DNA of 64,000 nt from Candidatus Poribacteria bacterium (lineage in GTDB: Bacteria; Poribacteria; WGA-4E; WGA-3G). Of the stretch, positions 1 to 8,788 are shown piece by piece (position 1 is the first letter of the stretch; each line of letters starts with the position of its first letter). The translations under genes were made by a program, and so were the position numbers. The notes below the pieces were generated by a model that saw only the letters and a program-made list of their open reading frames with translations, made no database searches and was not told where the DNA came from. The DNA is taken from positions 1,088,001 to 1,152,000 of the forward strand of contig OZ219753.1 in the NCBI GenBank assembly GCA_964291315.2, written 5' to 3'.

Positions 1-2
1 GC

Positions 3-1391
3 TATGAGAACCATCCTGTCGTTCGCGTCTCTTGGTATGGCGCCATGGCATACGCCGCATGGGCAGGCAAACGACTCCCCACCGAGGCCGAGTGGGAATA
101 CGCCGCACGCGGCGGCTTAGCCGGCAAGCAATATCCCTGGGGCGATACGATTGACACCCCCCAGGCGAACTACGGATGGAATATCGGGGACACAACCGCA
201 GGCGGGGCATACGCTGCGAACGGCTATGGTCTCTACGATATGGCAGGAAACGTATTTGAGTGGTGTCTCGATACGTATCTCGACAACTTCTATGACACCT
301 CTCCCGCGCAGAACCCGTTGTCAGGCGACAGCACCGTAATAGACACCTATATAACCATTGACTCGCAGCGTGTGTTGCGTGGCGGCTCTTGGTTCTATTC
401 CGCCTCGGTTGTTCGCGTGTCGAATCGTGACTATAGTTTCCCGATGAGCACGGGCGGTGATCTCGGGTTTCGGTGTGTGAAGTCGGTGTCCACTGCCTCA
501 TTTACGACAACCCGCGGTTCAGAGACCCCGGATGGCACGAGTGGAAACCCGGATACCACTCCGGTGCCTGATCAAAGCGATGCTCCTGCGGGCATGGTGT
601 TGATCCCCGCGGGCACCTTCCAAATGGGCAGGACCACCGGTGATGCGGATGAACGCCTTGTTCACACTGTCACTTTAGACGCATTTTACATGGATACACA
701 TGAAGTGACAAACGCAGAATACGCGGCATTTCTCAACGCAACGGGCAAACATGAAAGAGGCTGGTGGCGGTGGATTTATATCAATCGTTTTCCTTCTACA
801 ACCATTAACTTAGTAGACGGTGTGTATCGCCCACAAGCAGGCTATGAGAATCATCCTGTCACTTATGTAACCTGGTGGGGTGCAATGGAATATGCTGGGT
901 GGGCAGGAAAGCGACTGCCAACCGAAGCAGAGTGGGAGTATGCCGCACGCGGCGGGTTAGCCGGCAAGCAATATCCCTGGGGAGACACCATAGATAAAAC
1001 CAAGGCGAACTATGATAACCCCGGCCGCGGCCGTTCGACGCCAGTCGGTAGTTATCCGCCGAACGGGTACGGTCTCTATGATATGATCGGGAATGCAACG
1101 GAGTGGTGTCTCGATGCGTATGATGCTGACTACTACGCAAAATCTCCGACCCACAATCCGGTGTCGTTGTCGATTGCAACCAGTATCCAAGACCTATTAG
1201 ATAACTATAACGCGAACCTGGATATTTTCTCGCCCTCGAATAGGTTTGGAAATCGCCACTACCGCGTCGTTCGCGGCGGTAACTGGTACAGGCAAGGCTT
1301 GTACTTGTCGGTCACCAGTCGCCAGGGATATTCGACTCGCGGTAGTTCCAATACCTTCGGTTTTCGGTGCGTGAAGCCTGTAACCCCGTGA
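3..1391 (+). CDS. Multi-domain FGE-sulfatase (SUMF1/CLec-fold) protein, 5'-truncated by the window edge
   Basis: The frame is open from position 3 (YENHPVVRVSWYGAM...). It has two 'RLPTEAEWEYAARGG...NGYGLYDM.GN..EW...RGG.W...GFRC' domains; DNA 1-150 nearly duplicates 841-990. The catalytic Cys pair of true FGE is absent. Confidence 0.9.
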   Translation, partial: YENHPVVRVSWYGAMAYAAWAGKRLPTEAEWEYAARGGLAGKQYPWGDTIDTPQANYGWNIGDTTAGGAYAANGYGLYDMAGNVFEWCLDTYLDNFYDTSPAQNPLSGDSTVIDTYITIDSQRVLRGGSWFYSASVVRVSNRDYSFPMSTGGDLGFRCVKSVSTASFTTTRGSETPDGTSGNPDTTPVPDQSDAPAGMVLIPAGTFQMGRTTGDADERLVHTVTLDAFYMDTHEVTNAEYAAFLNATGKHERGWWRWIYINRFPSTTINLVDGVYRPQAGYENHPVTYVTWWGAMEYAGWAGKRLPTEAEWEYAARGGLAGKQYPWGDTIDKTKANYDNPGRGRSTPVGSYPPNGYGLYDMIGNATEWCLDAYDADYYAKSPTHNPVSLSIATSIQDLLDNYNANLDIFSPSNRFGNRHYRVVRGGNWYRQGLYLSVTSRQGYSTRGSSNTFGFRCVKPVTP

Positions 1392-1395
1392 CCTT

Positions 1396-1433
1396 TACGG
1401 CTTAAGGTACCTTATACGGCTTAAGGTACCTTA
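1396..1433. repeat. Exact 19-bp tandem duplication (TACGGCTTAAGGTACCTTA x2), each copy containing the 12-bp palindrome TAAGGTACCTTA
   Basis: Read directly at 1396-1414 and 1415-1433, between convergent genes. Confidence 0.9.
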
Positions 1434-1512
1434 TTTTTATCTGAATCGCGAATTGAGGATAGGATAGCATTAACATAAAAAATAGCAGCATCTGCCCCCA
1501 ATCATTGTAATG

Positions 1513-2118
1513 CTATGCTTGCAACCCCTTGATCGTCGTCTCAATTATTGTCTCAATTAAGGTCTCTTTTTCTCTCCAAGGGAAGTCAGGAAAATCAATT
1601 AAGAGTAGAGTGACCCCATGAACCGCTGCCCACATTACCTGCCCTGTCATCTCGATATCCATTCGGCGGAACTTCTTCTGACGGATGCATTCGGAGACCA
1701 CTGTTCGTAAGTAATTAAACACCCGTTCACCAATTGATCCCTCTTCAAGCCCCAAACCCTTCTGGAACTGGGGCCGGATCACAAAGGTTAATTTGTAATC
1801 TTGCGGATATTTTAAACCGAACTCGACGTAGACTTTCCCGCTTTTTCTCAAAGTCTCGACGGGATCGACGGTATCCCGTCTTAGCTTCTCCAATGTGTTC
1901 AACAGGTGCAAGAGCGTTTCCTGGCAAACGGAATCTAAGAGATCCGCTTTATCTTTAAAATAAAGATAGATCGTTGTCGGGGAATATTCGATCTTGTCGG
2001 CAATCCTTCGCATGGAAACATTCTCATAGCCCTCATTGACGAAGAGTTCCCGCGCAGCAAGTAAGATTTGTTGCCGCAGCTGTTCTTTTTCCCTTTGTCT
2101 CCGTTCTTTTATGCCCAT
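1513..2118 (-). CDS. TetR/AcrR family transcriptional regulator
   Basis: N-terminal HTH 'ILLAARELFVNEGYENVSMRRIADKIEYSPTTIYLYFKDK'; WHG-like C-terminus 'WAAVHG'. Confidence 0.95.
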   Translation of the reverse strand: MGIKERRQREKEQLRQQILLAARELFVNEGYENVSMRRIADKIEYSPTTIYLYFKDKADLLDSVCQETLLHLLNTLEKLRRDTVDPVETLRKSGKVYVEFGLKYPQDYKLTFVIRPQFQKGLGLEEGSIGERVFNYLRTVVSECIRQKKFRRMDIEMTGQVMWAAVHGVTLLLIDFPDFPWREKETLIETIIETTIKGLQA

Positions 2119-2150
2119 TGCTCCAACCTCTGTCTACAGGTCAATCTAAC

Positions 2151-2193
2151 TTAACGACGTTAATATTATATCACACTTTTCCCTTATTGTCAG
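2151..2193 (-). promoter_or_regulatory. Sigma70-type promoter of the TetR gene with a candidate autoregulatory operator
   Basis: Minus strand CTGACA-N17-TATAAT with extended TG; inverted repeat TTAAC-GAC-GTTAA at 2151-2163 just downstream of the -10 box. Confidence 0.6.
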
Positions 2194-2320
2194 ATTTATT
2201 TCGGGCATAAAAGACATGAATTCTACTGATTCGTTGAGGGCTACCTCCTGCCCTCACGCTCTAAATTCCTTAGGTCGAATCTGAAATTTGCGATAGAGCA
2301 CAAGGCAACAGGCGCACAGG

Positions 2321-4774
2321 TTATTTTTTTATCAACATCTTCCGGGTGGCGGTGAATTCACCTGCGGTGAGCGTATAGAAATAGAGACCGCTTGCCACGC
2401 GTTCCCCCAACTCATTCTTACCGTCCCAATGCGCCGCACGGCTTTTGGTTTGATAGACACCGGCAGGTTGATGCCCGAGGTCCAATGCCCGAACCAATGC
2501 CCCGTTCGGCGCGTAAATCCGCAAGGTTACCTCTGCAGGCTGGGCGAGCAGATAGGGGATCCACGTCTCCGGATTGAACGGGTTGGGGTAGTTGGAGAGG
2601 AGCACTGTCTCTGTCGGACGTGACTGTATTAGCAGCTGTCTTAACACCGCGATGCCTCTTTGGAAAATGGCATCGCCAGAGTTGTGCTGCGCTGCTTCAA
2701 GAATCCACCGTTGTAAATTCGCTGTAGCTAGCAGGTTTGGGGCAGCCGGGGCGCCTTCCTGAGACTCCAACGCCTCCACAATCAATAGCAGATCCTCGCG
2801 ATTCACAAAACCGTCGTTGTTCACATCAGCGTTGGCGTTGATTCTACGGACAACGGTTGTGCCGAAGTGAGCGGCAACTATCATCAAGTCCTCCAGATCG
2901 ATTACCCCGTCACTATTGGTATCAACCTGTGCGACACCCTCCAAGCCGATAGGAAACGACTTCAGCATGTAGTTGCCCGACACATCAATCACTCGAAGGG
3001 TTATCTCCGTCGCGGGTCCAGGGTTTACTTGGGCGGTCTTAAATTGAATGAGGTTGCTTTCACCCTTTAATTCTTGGCAGCTGTGCAGCTTCAGACCGCC
3101 CGCCGGATCAAGAACGCCGGTCGGAATCGTCAGCTGCGCTTGATGGAGCCCATCCGCATCGGTGACTTCAAAACGGAAATGGATCGTATTCTGCGGCAAT
3201 TCAAGAGGCGTGAGCATTGTAATCGTCGCGGGTTCGTCATAGGAGCTCTGATGCGTGTTGAAGTAGGGGTGGGCATCCAACCACTCGGCTGCACAGCGGG
3301 ACAATTGATTCGGGTTTGACCCGTAAGACATCAGATAGGCTTCATCCCGAAAATCGTGCTCTAATCCGAAGGCGTGTCCGAGCTCATGCCCAACGGTATC
3401 ACTGGCAAAACAGGCTCCAGAAGCAGGGACGATTGCCCTCCCGCCGAACCAATGGCTTCCGCCTTTCCCGCACCATTGGAGATCAATGCTTTCGCTGCCG
3501 GTCTCTATCGCAATTAGGTAGATATTTGTGGACAGACTGAACCGTTCCTCAATTTCCTCCGTGACTTTATCGAGCGTCTGAGAGTCGTAATACGCATCGG
3601 TAAATCCTCCATTTACATGATGGACGACTGCATTTCCGGTTGCGTCGGTTTCAAACGTAAACGTTTTTCTGCCGAATCCGTGGGCGTGCATCTGTTCTGC
3701 GTAAAATTGTTGTGTATCCTTTATGAGGGTATCTAATTTCGTGTTGATATCGGGCTGTGCTCTCCTATTCAACGGAAGGAAGTAGATGAGGCGGACCGTT
3801 TTCCGCTGTTGCATTGAGCGTAGATGCGGCTCTATATTATGAATCAGCACGGTACCGTCGTCGCCGCTACTGGCGAGCGTTTTTCCATCAGGGGCGAAGG
3901 TCGCGCCGTAGCTCCAGGCAGCGTGCCCCGTCAAAGAGGTGATTTGCATCCCGTTGTCGACCGACCAAAGGGTTACTACCCCGTGTCCGGTACTGACCAA
4001 TATTTTTCCATCTGGAGAGAAGTCGAGGGCATACGTTGTGCCTCGATTTTGGAGGGTGCCGAGGAGTGCCCAATTGGAGACAGCCCACAATTTAATTTGC
4101 CCGTTGTATCCGGCGCTTGCCAAGATTCTACCATCGGGCGAAAAAGCGAGGGTATAAACCCTGTCTGCGTCCAACTCAAGCCGAGAAACAACCTGTCGTT
4201 TTCGAATGTCCCAGATCTTGACGAGTCCTGCTCCGTCTCCTGAAGCGTGGAGCTGTCCATCCGGTGAAAACGCTGATGCCCAGACATACTCATCGTGCTC
4301 CACAGTTGCCATTTCAGTTTGGCTGTTGACGTTCCAGAGCTTTAGATGGCTGCCGGCAGTGGCAAGGAGCTGTCCATCCGGAGAGAACGCGACCGCCTTG
4401 ATTTGCGAACGCGTTCGGTCTGTAATGTGTTCCAGGGTGGCGATGTTCTGTTGCGTGCGGACATCCCACAACTTGAAGCGCCAATCATCTCCACCGCTGG
4501 CGAGCAATTGCCCGTCTGGGGAGAATGCCACCGAGTTAACTTGATCCGTGTGACCTCTGAGGGTGGCTACAGTGCTGTCCCGCAAATTCCACAATTTAAT
4601 AGTGTTGCTGTCCCCGGCACTAGCAATCAGTGCGTTATTGACAGGCGAGAATTTGACCGTCCGAACAGAACCGCCGTGCTTAAGAATCGTGGGGCCCTGT
4701 GCAAAATTTAGGAGCAAGAAATTGAAAAACAGAATTATTGTAGAAGATAAAAGTTTGAATTTGTTAAACGACAT
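2321..4774 (-). CDS. Secreted WD40-repeat protein with metzincin-like Zn-peptidase, dockerin/EF-hand-like repeats and a FlgD/T9SS-like C-terminal domain
   Basis: Signal peptide from MSFNKF (4774); about 7 'V.FSPDG..LAS...D..IKLW' repeats; HELGHAFGLEH plus Met-turn LMSY; DTNSDG/DVNNDG loops; C-terminal 'LLSNYPNPFNPETWIPY...WDGKNELGERVASGLYFY...TRKMLIKK'. Confidence 0.88.
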   Translation of the reverse strand: MSFNKFKLLSSTIILFFNFLLLNFAQGPTILKHGGSVRTVKFSPVNNALIASAGDSNTIKLWNLRDSTVATLRGHTDQVNSVAFSPDGQLLASGGDDWRFKLWDVRTQQNIATLEHITDRTRSQIKAVAFSPDGQLLATAGSHLKLWNVNSQTEMATVEHDEYVWASAFSPDGQLHASGDGAGLVKIWDIRKRQVVSRLELDADRVYTLAFSPDGRILASAGYNGQIKLWAVSNWALLGTLQNRGTTYALDFSPDGKILVSTGHGVVTLWSVDNGMQITSLTGHAAWSYGATFAPDGKTLASSGDDGTVLIHNIEPHLRSMQQRKTVRLIYFLPLNRRAQPDINTKLDTLIKDTQQFYAEQMHAHGFGRKTFTFETDATGNAVVHHVNGGFTDAYYDSQTLDKVTEEIEERFSLSTNIYLIAIETGSESIDLQWCGKGGSHWFGGRAIVPASGACFASDTVGHELGHAFGLEHDFRDEAYLMSYGSNPNQLSRCAAEWLDAHPYFNTHQSSYDEPATITMLTPLELPQNTIHFRFEVTDADGLHQAQLTIPTGVLDPAGGLKLHSCQELKGESNLIQFKTAQVNPGPATEITLRVIDVSGNYMLKSFPIGLEGVAQVDTNSDGVIDLEDLMIVAAHFGTTVVRRINANADVNNDGFVNREDLLLIVEALESQEGAPAAPNLLATANLQRWILEAAQHNSGDAIFQRGIAVLRQLLIQSRPTETVLLSNYPNPFNPETWIPYLLAQPAEVTLRIYAPNGALVRALDLGHQPAGVYQTKSRAAHWDGKNELGERVASGLYFYTLTAGEFTATRKMLIKK

Positions 4775-5150
4775 AAAGTTTCCTGTTGATAAATTGATAA
4801 AATGAGGTTGACTTAAAGATTCACGCAGTCTATGGCATACCGCCAGATATCTTACCTCAAACACGCGTCATAGTAGTGCTTGAGAGTAAAATCAATTGGG
4901 GTTTGTACATCGAGGCGCGGTATTTATCAGGATCGTCTACTCTGGAATAGAGAATCTCCCTGTATTTGAATAATAGGTGTAAATTGACCTTCTTTTCAAG
5001 ACACCAAACAGCTGTTTCTCATAAAATGACATCTCATCTAACGGGAAACGGACTTCGTGCATCTCCTTGTAAAAGTCTAGATCGATGTATGCCCACACGC
5101 CATCCCATATGGATTTCTAACGCCTTTCTAAAGACAGGGTTAAGTCCTGC

Positions 5151-5350
5151 TTATTTCCGCATCAACATCTTCCGCGTGGCCGTGAACTCACCTGCGGTGA
5201 GCGTATAAAAATAGAGACCGCTGGCCACGCGTTCCCCCAACTCATTCCTGCCATCCCAATGCGCCGCACGTCCTTTACTCTGATAGTTTCCTGCGGGTTG
5301 ATGCCCGAGGTCCAACGCCCCGTTCAATGCGTAAATCCGCGAAGTTACCG
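5151..5350 (-). pseudogene. Orphan, degenerate copy of the FlgD/T9SS-like C-terminal domain
   Basis: Near copy of 2321-2530 with an internal 9-nt deletion (ALVRALDLGH becomes ALDLGH). The NYPNPFNP segment and any upstream domain are missing. Confidence 0.7.
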
Positions 5351-5595
5351 CCGGCGGACCCTTTGAGGGGTTAGCGAAATTCCCCTGGTGCAGCGAATAG
5401 GTTGTTGATGGTTTTGCCACAAATAGAACGGACAGAGATAACTCATTGCGATGACAAAGACTGCAAACAGGTATCTTAAAGCAAAGTAACATCGGGTAAA
5501 TATGCAAGAGACGTTTTGTCAAATATTTTTTTATCGATACGTACCTCTCTTTAAGGCGCTCGGACACCTAACGGTATTTACGCAGATATCAGGGA

Positions 5596-6654
5596 TTAGA
5601 ATTCCCCGGAGACAGAGATGCGTTGTGAACCACCAAGGGTGTGGGTGTTGAAAGCGTAGTTAATAAAGAAGGACATGGTCTCTATCCGTAAATGAAGCCC
5701 GACACCTGCTGCGAGTCCGTGCCCGTTCCACCCGCCGCGGAGAGCGACAGTATTGAGGAGCCAGTATTCTGCGCCGATGCGAGGGACGATTGCACTGCCG
5801 CTGTCTTCGCTCTCAAGATCGGCTTGGTCGGTCTCAAGGTCTGCGCCGATTGTGCCTTTCCCCAAACGTGGCACAGTAAAGTGGTATGCTGCGCCGACTC
5901 GGAATCTGCGCGTGCGCGTGAACGTGGGTTTATCGGCAGTGTCCCATCGAATTTGTGTGCCTGTCGCATCCAATACCATTGCCCCAGCGCGCAAGCCTTT
6001 GTAAGGTTCTGCAATCAAGCCGATGTCAATACCGAAGCCGTTTCCACTGTTTTCAAAGATGGACTGGTTGAGAAGTTTGAGGTTGCCGCCGACAGCAACC
6101 CTTGAGTGGACTTGCCGCGCATAAGAGATAAGTAAGGCGTTATCGGTATTACTGAAATATTCAGCAACTGTCGGTTTGTCGATATACGGTTCACCGTCTT
6201 CCTTGATGCCGTTGCCGTTTTTATCTTGGAAGTCACCGAGGAAACCGTTGTTGTTAACGTCGATGAAGGTCGTGCGCGGTATATCGTCGATACCCAGGCG
6301 GATCCAGCTCAGACCGACGCTGCCGATGTCCTCGATTTGATAGACGTAGTTAAGAAAGTTGTAAGTAACCAGGCCCCTGCTGAGCCACGCACCATCTCCG
6401 CTGCTGAAAGTGTCCGAATACATAGCGGAAAAGCTATGTTTTTTGACCTTAGTAAGACCAGCCGGATTCCAATAGGTAGCGGTTGCATCGTCAGCGATAG
6501 CAACGAACGCGTTTCCCATTCCCAAGGCGCGTGCACCTACACCGTGACTGAGGAATTCAGCGGCATGCGCCCCTTCGTCCGCCGCCAAAGCGGTGGCAGT
6601 TGGCATGAGACACACAATGAAAATAAGAAAGTAAAAGCCTCGAATTCTGTTCAT
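5596..6654 (-). CDS. PorV/PorQ-family outer-membrane beta-barrel protein
   Basis: Signal peptide; 'FLSHGVGARALGMGNAFVAIADDATATYWNPAGL' signature; C-terminal Phe; DxNxNG loop insertion. Confidence 0.85.
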   Translation of the reverse strand: MNRIRGFYFLIFIVCLMPTATALAADEGAHAAEFLSHGVGARALGMGNAFVAIADDATATYWNPAGLTKVKKHSFSAMYSDTFSSGDGAWLSRGLVTYNFLNYVYQIEDIGSVGLSWIRLGIDDIPRTTFIDVNNNGFLGDFQDKNGNGIKEDGEPYIDKPTVAEYFSNTDNALLISYARQVHSRVAVGGNLKLLNQSIFENSGNGFGIDIGLIAEPYKGLRAGAMVLDATGTQIRWDTADKPTFTRTRRFRVGAAYHFTVPRLGKGTIGADLETDQADLESEDSGSAIVPRIGAEYWLLNTVALRGGWNGHGLAAGVGLHLRIETMSFFINYAFNTHTLGGSQRISVSGEF

Positions 6655-6700
6655 AAATTATCAGCTGAAGCCCTATATACCGGCTGCGGACTGCGTTCTA

Positions 6701-8740
6701 CTAACCCGGGGCGAAGTCGTAGATCGGTTCCCGAATAATCACGCTTAGGACGCTCCAGAATGCCCCGACGCAATATTCGCCGAGGATAACCCCGAAAAAG
6801 AAGAGTACCATCGTTCGATACGTTCCCGGCCCCCCGAATCGGAGTGCCATCCACTTGAGGAAACTACTAATAATTAGACAGCTCCAAAAGTAGCCGACAC
6901 CGAAGGTCATAGAGATAGGATAGCCTGCGGGATGTAGGGGCCACCAGATGAAACGCATCCGCATGAACATTAAGAGGAACGTGAAACCCATACCGCCCGC
7001 CATAAATGCCATTGCCGGAACGTTTGGATCGCGTGGGAAGGCGAACAGACCGGCCAGCCAACCGAACTGCCCGATATGTCCAACCGAGGGGCCAATGCCG
7101 CCGCCTGCACCGGTAACTGCCCCGCCGAGACGGTAGAGTTCGCTCAGTGTTGCCCAAAATGAAGCCAGAGACCCCAGGATCAGAGAAATGACCATGGCAA
7201 GTACCAGGCGTTTCGTATTCATATTGGCGCGTTCCGCCATTTTGAAGGCTTCAAGTTGATGCGGCATAATGTGTTCACGATAACCACGACCGCTGAAGAA
7301 CCAAAAATACGGAAAGACCGTGAGATTGTTGGGGCCAATACGGCGCGTCCCCAAAATGTTGATTAAGAATTGTTGGGCGTTGCACATCCCTGCCATCTCA
7401 TGCGCTGGAGGCCCAAGCTCCGCGCGCACGCGCGTGATAGCCACCGAGATCGCAAAAAAGAAGGCGAAGAAAGGCAATATAATCGGGAGCGTCATTCCTG
7501 CCCTCAGACAGAACCAAATAATATAGAGACTCGCGACGAGAATGAGCAGCAGTGCGGTTCGGTAGCGAATAGGCTCTCGTGAATCATCAATCGCCCCGGG
7601 CATCCCTAAGATTGTGCGGAAAACGTTCGCAATATGCTTGCGGGTTACAATCAGCGCGATCACAAAAATCGCCATCCAGCCGCCGATAGACTGTTCACTC
7701 CCGTAGGGAAAGGGCGCTGGAATTGCAAGCAGGCTCCCTGCAACGCGCTGGAGTTTCTCAAATATGTAGAAAAACCACAAAGAAAACGAAAGGTCAAGCG
7801 GTAAAAGGAAACCTAAGCCGATGACAAAGGGGTAGAGCGGCACCGGGATATTGCCGACAGCGTTCCATGGTTTTTCGGTGAAAAATGCACCCCAGTTCCG
7901 AGCGTTATGCCGGACGCTGAAATCAGGGAGTATTGGAAAGAAGTGTGCCAAGCCGTGCCAGATGTTCACGGCTGCAGCAATGATGAACCCGTACCACAGC
8001 ACACGATTTCGGAAAAGCTGAGCCGCACCGCCTTTCTCTGTAATCGCCATTGGAAGTTGAATAATCGGATACGCTAATTTTTCATGCTCCGTCCACTGTT
8101 TCCGAATCAGCACATTCAGGCAGATCATAATAGTACCGAGAGCAAGAACCAGAGAGGTCCACCACAACGTCGGCATGATCCACGCACCACCAATCTTGGC
8201 GTTATAAAAAGGCGTATTGCCCTCGTAGAAACCGCGGATAATTTCCTTGTCCGCAACAACAAGATGCGGGGGAATGTAAGTGTGGAACATGTCCGCCCAG
8301 TCGTTCTCAATCGTCGCGAACCAGAAAGCATGCGGAAGTGCCGGAATCGTTAAAGCCAAGGTATCGTGACCTGCCAAACCAGACGCTATGGAGAGCATGG
8401 CGTAGATCGTAATCATCTCCCCTTGTGTTAACGCTGACCTCGGAGCAACACGCTTTAGGAATAGGTTGATTAAGATCAGAAAAAAAATATTGAGGACAAC
8501 ATTCCAGAATAGAGAAATAGTCGTCGGATGTCCCGAGTGCCAAACACATTCAACTTCGATGACCCAAAAGACGTTGGGCGGAATTAAAAAGATGGCAATA
8601 AGTATGGCGCGCCAGGTGACACCAGACCCACGCCGCTCGTTTCGTTGATCTAAATTTTCCACAGTTAATTCTTCACTTTCTTTGTCGCAGTCAGCCGTTG
8701 GTGATTGACTATCAGCACTTTGAGAAGCAAACCTACACAT
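6701..8740 (-). CDS. Polytopic membrane protein, DUF6785/DUF6784 (OPT-like transporter) family; start may be the GTG at 8662
   Basis: Many TM segments; 'RKQWTEHEKLAYPIIQLP', 'TRVRAELG' and 'WWPLHPAGY' motifs. Confidence 0.7.
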   Translation of the reverse strand: MCRFASQSADSQSPTADCDKESEELTVENLDQRNERRGSGVTWRAILIAIFLIPPNVFWVIEVECVWHSGHPTTISLFWNVVLNIFFLILINLFLKRVAPRSALTQGEMITIYAMLSIASGLAGHDTLALTIPALPHAFWFATIENDWADMFHTYIPPHLVVADKEIIRGFYEGNTPFYNAKIGGAWIMPTLWWTSLVLALGTIMICLNVLIRKQWTEHEKLAYPIIQLPMAITEKGGAAQLFRNRVLWYGFIIAAAVNIWHGLAHFFPILPDFSVRHNARNWGAFFTEKPWNAVGNIPVPLYPFVIGLGFLLPLDLSFSLWFFYIFEKLQRVAGSLLAIPAPFPYGSEQSIGGWMAIFVIALIVTRKHIANVFRTILGMPGAIDDSREPIRYRTALLLILVASLYIIWFCLRAGMTLPIILPFFAFFFAISVAITRVRAELGPPAHEMAGMCNAQQFLINILGTRRIGPNNLTVFPYFWFFSGRGYREHIMPHQLEAFKMAERANMNTKRLVLAMVISLILGSLASFWATLSELYRLGGAVTGAGGGIGPSVGHIGQFGWLAGLFAFPRDPNVPAMAFMAGGMGFTFLLMFMRMRFIWWPLHPAGYPISMTFGVGYFWSCLIISSFLKWMALRFGGPGTYRTMVLFFFGVILGEYCVGAFWSVLSVIIREPIYDFAPG

Positions 8741-8788
8741 GAGTTCGCTTGACTGAATTACTAGCGGCTGACTGCTGATAGCCGTTCG

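Noticed and set aside
3-1391. Active formylglycine-generating enzyme maturing the nearby sulfatase
   Set aside because: Both visible domains lack the catalytic Cys pair after RGGS.
5351-5567. N-terminal part of the 138-aa ORF 5151..5567 as a real protein
   Set aside because: No recognisable features; only the 3' ~200 bp is homologous to the CTD.
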